This document shows, in pieces, positions 53,621 through 64,000 of a DNA stretch of 64,000 nt. Each line of letters starts with the position of its first letter. Positions within the stretch are counted from its first letter, which is position 1. A program made the translations under genes and the position numbers. The notes below the pieces were generated by a model. It was not told where the DNA came from. It saw nothing but the letters and a program-made list of their open reading frames with translations, and did not search any database. The stretch is from Eledone cirrhosa (Eukaryota), in NCBI GenBank assembly GCA_964016885.1, contig OZ024757.1:3100001-3164000 (forward strand), in the 5' to 3' direction.

Positions 53621-56600
53621 CTAACCACATGTCTGTAGTATCAGAGCTGTGATATTTCAATTCAGAGATTCTTTCCTGAGATATTCTAACCACATGTCTA
53701 TAGTATCAGAGCTGTGATCTCTCAACTCAGAGATTCTTTCCTGAGACATTCTAACCACATGTCTATAGTATCAGAGCTGTGATCTCTCAATTCAGAGATT
53801 TTTTCCTGAAACATTCCCGCCACCAATCTGTAGTATCAGCGTTGTGATCTCTCAATTCAGAGATTCTTTCCTGAGACATTCTAACCACATGTCTGTAGTA
53901 TCAGAGCTGTGATCTCTCAATTCAGAGATTCTTTCCTGCGACATTCTAACCACATGTCTGTAGTATCAGAGCTGTGATCTCTTAATTCAGAGATTCTTTC
54001 CTGAGACATTCTAACCACATGTCTATAGTATCAGAGCTGTGATCTCTCAATTCAGAGATTCTTTCCTGAGACCTTCTAACCACATGTCTGTAGTATCAGA
54101 GGTGTGACCTCTCAATTCAGAGATTCTTTCCTGAGACATGCTAACCACATGTCTGTAGTATCAGAGCTGTGATCTCTCAATTCAGAGATTCTTTTCTGAG
54201 ACATTCTAACCACATGTCTATAGTATCAGAGCTGTGATCTCTCAATTCAGAGATTCTTTCCTGAGACATTCTAACCACATATCTATAGTATTAGAGCTGT
54301 GATCTCTCAATTCAAAGATTCTTTCCAGAGATATTCTTACCACATGTCTGTAGTATCAGAGCTGTGATCTCTCAATTCAGAGATTCTTTCCTGAGACATT
54401 CTAATCACATATCTATAGTATTAGATCTGTGATCTCTCAATTCAAAGATTCTTTCCAGAGATATTCTAACCACATATCTATAGTTGTAGAGCTGTGATCT
54501 CTCAATTCAAAGATTCTTTCCAGAGATATTCTTACCACATGTCTGTAGTATCAGAGCTGTGATCTCTCAATTCAGAGATTCTTTCCTGAGACATTCCCGC
54601 CACCAATCTGTAGTATCAGCGTTGTGATCTCTCAATTCAGAGATTCCTTCATGAGACATTCTAACCACATGTCTATAGTATCAGAGCTGTGATCTCTCAA
54701 TTCAGAGATTCTTTCCTGAGACATTCTAACCACATGTCTGTAGTATCAGATCTGTGATCTCTGAATCCAGAGATTCTTTCTTGAGACATTCTAACCACAT
54801 GTCTGTAGTATCAGAGCTGTGATCTCTCAATTCAGAGATTCTTTCCTGCGACATTCTAACCACATGTCTATAGTATCAGAGCTGTGATCTCTCAATTCAG
54901 AGATTCTTTCCTGAGACATTCTAACCCCATGTCTGTAGTATCAGAGCTGTGATCTCTCAATTCAGAGATTCTTTCCTCAGAAATTCTAACCACATGTCTG
55001 TAGTATCAGAGCTGTGATCTCTCAATTTAGAGATTCTTTCCTGAGACATTCTAACCACATATCTATAGTATTAGAGCTGTGATCTCTCAATTCAAAGATT
55101 CTTTCCAGAGATATTCTTACCACATGTCTGTAGTATCAGAGCTGTGATCTCTCAATTCAGAGATTCTTTCCTGAGACATTCTAACCACATGTCTATAGTA
55201 TCAGAGCTGTGATCTCTCAATTCAGAGATTCTTTCCTGAGACATGCTAACCACATGTCTGTAGTATTAGAGCTGTGATCTCTCAATTCAAAGATTCTTTC
55301 CAGAGATATTCTTACCACATGTCAGTAGTATCAGAGCTGTGATCTCTCAATTCAGAGATTCTTTCCTGAGACATTCCCGCCACCAATCTGTAGTATCAGA
55401 GCTGTGATCACTCAATTTAGAGATTCTTTCCTGAGGCATTCTAACCACATGTCTGTAGTATCAGAGCTGTGATCTCTCAATTCAGAGATTCTTTCCTGAG
55501 ACATTCTAACCACATGTCTGTAGTATCAGAGGTGTGATCTCTCAATTCAGAGATTCTTTCCTGAGACATTCTAACCACATGTCTGTAGTATCAAAGCTGT
55601 GATCACTCAATTCAGAGATTCTTTCCTCAGACATTCTAACCACATGTCTATAGTATCAGAGCTGTGATCTCTCAACTCAGAGATTCTTTCCTGAGACATT
55701 CTAACCACATGTCTATAGTATCAGAGCTGTGAACTCTCAATTCAGAGATTAATTTCCTGAAACATAGCCGCCACCAATCTGTAGTATCAGCGTTGTGATC
55801 TCTCAATTCAGAGATTATTTTCTCAGACATTCTAACCACATTTTTATAGTATCAGAGCTGTGATCTCTCAATTTAGAGATTCTTTCCTGAGGCATTCTAA
55901 CCACATGTCTATAGCATCAAAGCTGTGATCTCTCAATTCAGAGATTCTTTCCTGAGACATTCTAACCACATGTCTGTAGTATCAGAGCTGTGATCTCGCA
56001 ATTCAGAGATTCTTTCCTGCGACATTCTAACCACATGTCTGTAGTATCAGAGCTGTGATCTCTTAATTCAGAGATTCTTTCCTGAGACATTCTAACCACA
56101 TGTCTATAGTGTCAGAGCTGTGATCACTCAATTCAGAGATTCTTTCCTGAGACATTCTAACCACATGTCTGTAGTATCAGATGTGTGACCTCTCAATTCA
56201 GAGATTCTTTCCTGAGACATGCTAACCACATGTCTGTAGTATCAGAGCTGTGATCTCTCAATTCAGAGATTCTTTCCTGAGACATTCTAACCACATGTCT
56301 ATAGTATCAGAGCTGTGATCTCTCAATTCAGAGATTCTTTCCTGAGACATTCTAACCACATGTCTGTAGTATCAGAGCTGTGATCTCTCAATTCAGAGAT
56401 TCTTTCCTCAGACATTCTAACCACATGTCTGTAGTATCAGAGCTGTGATCTCTCAATTCAGAGATTCTTTTCTCAGACATTCTAACCACATTTTTATAGT
56501 ATCAGAGCTGTGATCTCTCAATTTAGAGATTCTTTCCTGAGGCATTCTAACCACATGTCTATAGCATCAGAGCTGTGATCTCTCAATTCAGAGATTCTTT

Positions 56601-58599
56601 CCTGAGACATTCTAACCACATGTCTGTAGTATCAGAGCTGTGATCTCTCAATTCAGAGATTCTTTCCTGCGACATTCTAACCACATGTCTGTAGTATCAG
56701 AGCTGTGATCTCTTAATTCAGAGATTCTTTCCTGAGACATTCTAACCACATGTCTATAGTATCAGAGCTGTGATCTCTCAATTTAGAGATTCTTTCCTGA
56801 GACATTCTAACCACATGTCTGTAGTATCAGAGGTGTGACCTCTCAATTCAGAGATTCTTTGCTGAGACATGCTAACCACATGTCTGTAGTATCAGAGCTG
56901 TGATCTCTCAATTCAGAGATTCTTTCCTGAGACATTCTAACCACATATCTATAGTATCAGAGCTGTGATCTCTCAATTCAGAGATTCTTTCCTGAGACAT
57001 TCTAACCACATGTCTGTAGTATCAGAGCTGTGATCTCTCAATTCAGAGATTCTTTCCTCAGACATTCTAACCACATGTCTGTAGTATCAGAGCTGTGATC
57101 TCTCAATTTAGAGATTCTTTCCTGAGACATTCTAACCACATATCTATAGTATTAGAGCTGTGATCTCTCAATTCAAAGATTCTTTCCAGAGATATTCTTA
57201 CCACATGTCTGTAGTATCAGAGGTGTGATCTCTCAATTCAGAGATTCTTTCCTGAGACATTCTAACCACATGTCTATAGTATCAGAGCTGTGATCTCTCA
57301 ATTCAGAGATTCTTTCCTGAGACATGCTAACCACATGTCTGTAGTATTAGAGCTGTGATCTCTCAATTCAAAGATTCTTTCCAGAGATATTCTTACCACA
57401 TGTCAGTAGTATCAGAGCTGTGATCTCTCAATTCAGAGATTCTTTCCTGAGACATTCCCGCCACCAATCTGTAGTATCAGAGCTGTGATCTCTCAATTTA
57501 GAGATTCTTTCCTGAGGCATTCTAACCACATGTCTGTAGTATCAGAGCTGTGATCTCTCAATTCAGAGATTCTTTCCTGAGATATTCTAACCACATGTCT
57601 GTAGTATCAGAGCTGTGATATTTCAATTCAGAGATTCTTTCCTGAGACATTCTAACCACATATCTATAGTATCAGAGCTGTGATCTCTCAACTCAGAGAT
57701 TCTTTCCTGAGACATTCTAACCACATGTCTATAGTATCAGAGCTGTGATCTCTCAATTCAGAGATTCTTTCCTGAAACATTCCTGCCACCAATCTGTAGT
57801 ATCAGCGTTGTGATCTCTCAATTCAGAGATTCTTTTCTCAGAGATTCTAACCACATTTTTATAGTATCAGAGCTGTGATCTCTCAATTTAGAGATTCTTT
57901 CCTGAGACATTCTAACCACATGTCTATAGTATCTGAGCTGTGATCACTCAATTCAGAGATTCTTTCCTGAGACATTCTAACCACATGTCTATAGTATCAG
58001 AGCTGTGATCTCTCAATTCAGAGATTCTTTCCTGAGACATTCTAACCACATGTCTGTAGTATCAGAGCTGTGATCTCTCAATTCAGAGATTCTTTTCTCA
58101 GACATTCTAACCACATTTTTATAGTATCAGAGCTGTGATCTCTCAATTTAGAGATTCTTTCCTGAGGCATTCTAACCACATGTCTATAGCATCAGAGCTG
58201 TGATCTCTCAATTCAGAGATTCTTTCCTGAGACATTCTAACCACATGTCTGTAGTATCAGAGTTGTGATCTCTCAATTCAGAGATTCTTTCCTGCGACAT
58301 TCTAACCACATGTCTGTAGTATCAGAGCTGTGATCTCTTAATTCAGAGATTCTTTCCTGAGACATTCTAACCACATGTCTATAGTATCAGAGCTGTGATC
58401 TCTCAATTCAGAGATTCTTTCCTGAGACCTTCTAACCACATGTCTGTAGTATCAGAGGTGTGACCTCTCAATTCAGAGATTCTTTCCTGAGACATGCTAA
58501 CCACATGTCTGTAGTATCAGAGCTGTGATCTCTCAATTCAGAGATTCTTTTCTGAGACATTCTAACCACATGTCTATAGTATCAGAGCTGTGATCTCTC

Positions 58600-60450
58600 A
58601 ATTCAAAGATTATTTCCAGAGATATTCTTACCACATGTCTGTAGTATCAGAGCTGTGATCTCTCAATTCAGAGATTCTTTCCTGAGACATTCTAACCACA
58701 TGTCTATAGTATCAGAGCTGTGATCTCTCAATTCAGAGATTCTTCCCTGAGACATGCTAACCACATGTCTGTAGTTTTAGAGCTGTGATCTCTCAATTCA
58801 AAGATTCTTTCCAGAGATATTCTTACCACATGTCAGTAGTATCAGAGCTGTGATCTCTCAATTCAGAGATTCTTTCCTGAGACATTCCCGCCACCAATCT
58901 GTAGTATCAGAGCTGTGATCTCTCAATTCAGAGATTCTTTCCTGAGGCATTCTAACCACATGTCTGTAGTATCAGAGCTGTGATCTCTCAATTCAGAGAT
59001 TCTTTCCTGAGACATTCTAACCACATGTCTGTAGTATCAGAGGTGTGATCTCTCAATTCAGAGATTCTTTCCTGAGACATTCTAACCACATGTCTGTAGT
59101 ATCAGAGCTGTGATATTTCAATTCAGAGATTCTTTCCTGAGACATTCTAACCACATGTCTATAGTATCAGAGCTGTGATCTCTCAACTCAGAGATTCTTT
59201 CCTGAGACATTCTAACCACATGTCTATAGTATCAGAGCTGTGATCTCTCAATTCAGAGATTCTTTCCTGAAACATTCCCGCCAACAATCTTTAGTATCAG
59301 CGTTGTGATCTCTCAATTCAGAGATTCTTTTCTCAGACATTCTAACCCCATTTTTATAGTATCAGAGCTGTGATCTCTCAATTCAGAGATTCTTACCTGC
59401 GACATTCTAACCACATGTCTATAGTATCAGAGCTGTGATCTCTCAATTTAGAGATTCTTTCCTGAGGCATTCTAACCACATGTCTATAGCATCAGAGCTG
59501 TGATCTCTCAATTCAGAGATTCTTTCCTGAGACATTCTAACCACATGTCTGTAGTATCACAGCTGTGATCTCTCAATTCAGAGATTCTTTCCTGCGACAT
59601 TCTAACCACATGTCTGTAGTATCAGAGCTGTGATCTCTTAATTCAGAGATTCTTTCCTGAGACATTCTAACCACATGTCTATAGTATCAGAGCTGTGATC
59701 TCTCAATTCAGAGATTCTTTCCTGAGACATTCTAACCACATGTCTGTAGTATCAGAGGTGTGATCTCTCAATTCAGAGATTCTTTCCTGAGACATGCTAA
59801 CCACATGTCTGTATTATCAGAGCTGTGATCTCTCAATTCAGAGATTCTTTCCTGAGACATTCTAAACACATGTCTGTAGTATCAGAGCTGTGATCTCTCA
59901 ATTTAGAGATTCTTTCCTGAGACATTCTAACCACATGTCTTCAGTATTAGTGCTGTGATCTCTCAATCCAGAGATTCCTTCCTGAGACATTCTAACCACA
60001 TATCTGTAGTATCAGAGCTGTGATCTCTCAATTCAGAGATTCTTTCCTGAGACATTCCCGCCACCAATCTGTAGTATCAGCGTTGTGATCTCTCAATTCA
60101 GACATTCTTTTCTCAGACATTCTAACCACAAGTCTTCAGTATTAGAGCTGTGATCTCTCAATCCAGAGATTCCTTCCTGAGACATTCTAACCACATATCT
60201 ATAGTATCAGAGCTGTGATCTCTCAATTTAGAGATTCTTTCCTGAGGCATTCTAACCACATGTCTATTGCATCAGAGCTGTGATCTCTCAATTCAGAGAT
60301 TCTTTCCTGAGACAATCTAACCACATGTCTGTAGTATCAGAGCTGTGATCTCTCAATTTAGAGATTCTTTCCTCAGACATTCTAACCACATATCTATAGT
60401 ATTAGAGCTGTGATCTCTCAATTCAAAGATTCTTTCCAGAGATATTCTTA
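58600..60450 (+). repeat. Distant copy of the variant series at about 8050-10350 (offset about 50.5 kb)
   Basis: ttacctgcg 8831/59393 and agtatcacag 8991/59553 (offset 50562), acaagtcttc 9631/60128, tctattgcat 9831/60263 and tgagacaatc 10201/60308 are the same rare variants in the same order, with whole-monomer gaps. Confidence 0.85.
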
Positions 60451-62519
60451 CCACATGTCAGTAGTATCAGAGCTCTGATCTCTCAATTCAGAGATTCTTT
60501 CCTGAGACATTCCCGACACGAATCTGTAGTATCAGCGTTGTGATCTCTCAATTCAGAGATTATTTTCTCAGACATTCTAACCACATTTCTATTGTATCAG
60601 AGCTGTGATCTCTCAATTCAGAGATTCTTTCCTGAGACATTCTAACCACATGTCTGTAGTATCAAAGCTGTGATCTCTCAAGTTAGAGATTCTTCTCCTG
60701 AGGCATTCTAACCACATGTCTTCAGTATTAGAGCAGTGATCTCTCAATCCAGAGATTCTTTCCTGAGACATTCTAACCACATATCTATGGTATTAGAGCT
60801 GTGATCTCTCAATTCAAAGATTCTTTACAGAGATATTCTTACCACATGTCTGTAGTATCAGAGCTGTGATCTCTCAATTCAGAGATTCTTTCCTGAGACA
60901 TTCCCCCCACCTAGCTGTAGTATCAGCGTTGTGATCTCTCAATTCAGAGATTCTTTTCTCAGACGTTCTAACCACATTTCTATATTATCAGAGCTGTGAT
61001 CTCTCAATTCAGAGATTCTTTCCTGAAACATTCTAACCACATGTCTGTAGTATCAGAGCTGTGATCTCTCAATTTAGAGATTCTTTCCTGAGACATTCTA
61101 ACCACATGTCTATAGTATCAGAGCTGTGATCTCTCAATTCAGAGATTCTTTCCTGAGACATTCTAACCACATGTCTGTAGTATAAGAGGTGTGATCTCTC
61201 AATTCAGAGATTCTTTCCTGAGACATGTTAAACACATGTCTGTAGTATCAGAGCTGTGATCTCTCAATTCAGAGATTCTTTCCTGAGACATTCTAACCAC
61301 ATGTCTGTAGTATCAGAGCTGTGATCTCTCAATCCAGAGATTCTTTTCTGAGACATTCTAACCACATATCTAGAGTATCAGAGCTGTGATCTCTCAATTT
61401 AGAGATTCTTTCCTGAGACATTCTAACCACATATCTATAGTATTAGAGCTGTGATCTCTCAATTCAAAGATTCTTTCCAGAGATATTCTTACCACATGTC
61501 TGTAGTATCAGAGCTGTGATCTCTCAATTCAGAGATCCTTTCCTGCGACATTCTAACCACATGTCTATAGTATCAGAGCTGTGATCTCTCAATTCAGAGA
61601 TTCTTTCCTGAGACATTCTAACCACATGTCTGTAGTATCAGAGCTGTGATCTCTCAATTCAGAGATTCTTTCCTGAGACATTCCCGCCACCAATCTGTAG
61701 TATCAGCGTTGTGATCTTTCAATTCAGAGATTCTTTTCTCAGACATTCTAACCACATTTTTATAGTATCAGAGCTGTGATCTCTCAATTTAGAGATTCTT
61801 TCCTGAGGCATTCTAACCACATGTCTATAGCATCAGAGCTGCGATCTCTCAATCCAGAGATTCTTTCCTGAGACATTCTAACCACATATCTATGGTATTA
61901 GAGCTGTGATCTCTCAATTCAAAGATTCTTTACAGAGATATTCTTACCACATGTCTGTAGTATCAAAGCTGTGATCTCTCAATTCAGAGATTCTTTCCTG
62001 AGACATTCTAACCACATGTCTATAGTATCAGAGCTGTGATCTCTCAATTCAGAGATTCTTTCCTGAGACGTTCTAACAACATGTCTGTAGTATCAGAGCT
62101 TTGATCTCTCAATTCAGAGATTCTTTCCTGAGACATTCTAACCACATGTCTGTAGTATCAGAGCTGTGATCTCTCAATCCAGAGATTCTTTCTTGAGACA
62201 TTCTTACCACATGTTTGTAGTATCAGAGCTGTGATCTCTCAATTCAGAGATTCTTTCCTGCGACATTCTAACCACAAGTCTGTAGTATCAGAGCTGTGAT
62301 CTCTTAATTCAGAGATTCTTTCCTGAGACATTCTAACCACATGTCTGTAGTATCAGAGCGGTGATCTCTCAATCCAGAGATTCTTTCTTGAGACATTCTT
62401 ACCACATGTTTGTAGTATCAGAGCTGTGATCTCTCAATTTAGAGATTCTTTCCTGAGACATGCTAACCACATGTCTGTAGTATCAGAGCTGTGATCTCTC
62501 AATTCAAAAATTCTTTCCT

Positions 62520-63110
62520 GAGACATTCTAACCACATGTCTGTAGTATCAGAGTGTGATCTCTTAATTCAGAGATTCTTTCCTGAGACATTCTAACCCCA
62601 TGTCTATATTATCAGAGCTGTGATCTCTCAATTCAGAGATTCTTTCCTGAGACGCTCTAACCACATGTCTGTAGTATCAGAGGTTTGATCTCTCAATTCA
62701 GAGATTCTTTCCTGAGACATTCTAATCACATGTCATCAGTATTAGAGCTGTCATCTCTCAATCCAGAGATTCTTTCCTGAGACATTCTAACCACATGTCT
62801 GTAGTATCAGAGCTGTGATCTCTCAATTCAGAGATTCTTTCCTGCGACATTCTAACCACATGTCTGTAGTATCAGAGTGTGATCTCTTAATTCAGAGATT
62901 CTTTCCTGCGACATTCTAACCACATGTCTGTAGTATCAGAGTGTGATCTCTTAATTCAGAGATTCTTTCCTGAGACATTCTAACCCCATGTCTATATTAT
63001 CAGAGCTGTGATCTCTCAATTCAGAGATTCTTTCCTGAGACGCTCTAACCACATGTCTGTAGTATCAGAGGTTTGATCTCTCAATTCAGAGATTCTTTCC
63101 TGAGACATTC
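62520..63110 (+). repeat. Short local duplication at a 6-monomer offset (388 bp) in the divergent 3' zone
   Basis: The run cagagtgtg (1-bp deletion), taaccccatgtctatatt, gacgctc (62651/63039), gaggtttg (62680/63068) is repeated at 388 bp (6x65-2). Confidence 0.82.
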
Positions 63111-64000
63111 AAACCACATGTCTGTAGTATCAGAGCTGTGATCTCTCAATTCAGAGATTCTTTCCTGTGACATTCTAACCACATGTCTGTAGTATCAGAG
63201 CTGTGATCTATTAATTCAGAGATTCTTTCCTGAGACATTCTAACCACATGTCTATTGTATCAGAGCGGTGATCTCTCAATTCAGAGATTCTTTCCTGAGA
63301 CATTCTAACCACATGTCTATAGTATCAGAGATGTGATCTCTCAATTCATAGATTCTTTCCTGAGACATGCTAACCACATGTCTGTAGTATCAGAGCTGTG
63401 ATCTCTCAATTCAAAAATTCTTTCCTGAGACATTCTAACCACATGTCTGTAGTATCAGAGCTGTGATCTCTCAATTTAGAGATTCTTTCCTGAGACATTC
63501 TAATCACATGTCTTCAGTATTAGAGCTGTGATCTCTCAATCCAGAGATTCTTTCCTGAGACATTCTAAACACATATCTATAGTAATAGAGCTGTGATCTC
63601 TCAATTCAAAGATTCTTTCCAGAGATATTCTTACCACATGTCTGTAGTATCAGAGCTGTGATCTCTCAATTCAGAGATTCTTTCCTGAGACATTCCCGCC
63701 ACCAATCTGTAGTATCAGCGTTGTGATCTCTCAATTCAGAGATTCTTTTCTCAGACATTCTAACAACATTTCTATAGTATCAGAGCTGTGATCTCTCAAT
63801 TCAGAGATTCTTTCTTGAGACATTCTAACCTCATGTCTGTAGTATCAGAGCTGTGATCTCTCAATTTAGAGATTCTTTCCTGAGACATTCTAACCACATA
63901 TCTATAGTATTAGAGCTGTGATCTCTCAATTCAAAGATTCTTTCCAGAGATATTCTAACCACATGTCTGTAGTATCAGAGATGTGATCTCTCAATTCAGA

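Larger units (their letters stand above)
1..64000 (+). repeat. Satellite DNA array: 65-bp monomer, about 985 head-to-tail copies, truncated by both window ends
   Basis: CATTCTAACC starts recur at 1, 66, 131, 261 and so on, with exact 65-bp phase to 16901 (=1+260x65). A unit start at 63301 fits 974 units with a net -10 bp from the indels I located. No inversion or non-repeat insertion was seen. Most monomers differ from consensus at only a few positions. Confidence 0.99.

Noticed and set aside
1-64000. CRISPR array (period of about 65 bp and a palindromic segment resemble repeat plus spacer)
   Set aside because: The entire 65 bp is repeated. There are no unique spacers, no leader and no cas genes.
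1-64000. Repetitive protein-coding ORF on either strand
   Set aside because: 65 is not divisible by 3. The plus strand has TAA(6), TAG(20), TGA(34) and TGA(61) per unit, and the minus strand has three TGA and one TAG, so every frame hits stops within 195 bp.
1-64000. Synthetic concatemer, rolling-circle or collapsed-assembly artefact
   Set aside because: Variants are shared in hierarchical, ordered patterns across tens of kb, as expected from evolutionary duplication rather than random error. Exact copy numbers still need read validation.

Overview
The whole 64-kb window is one uninterrupted, head-to-tail, single-orientation tandem array of a 65-bp monomer, about 985 copies. The consensus read by eye is CATTCTAACCACATGTCTGTAGTATCAGAGCTGTGATCTCTCAATTCAGAGATTCTTTCCTGAGA (about 40% GC, no CpG). 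Both window ends lie inside the array. I see no unique sequence, gene, RNA gene, transposon or CRISPR spacer. The period is not a multiple of 3 and the monomer has four stop codons on each strand, so all six frames are closed repeatedly. This looks like eukaryotic satellite DNA, possibly centromeric or pericentromeric; I do not recognise the family or organism. The information lies in the variants. Diagnostic monomer types recur in a conserved order and form nested higher-order repeats (HORs) and duplications at offsets of 6, 9, 10, 18, 30/37, 32, 40, 45, 67 and 141-143 monomers. Net length changes are very rare (15 events from 6 alleles). A core of about 48 kb with its own marker variants is flanked on both sides by a shared, apparently older layer, and divergence rises over the last 4 kb or so. 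The monomer contains two dyad symmetries and a degenerate 15-bp tandem duplication. I found no evidence for a novel gene-based system. The best candidate for something undescribed is the satellite family itself and its layered HOR architecture. All coordinates were tracked by hand, and block boundaries are approximate to about one monomer.
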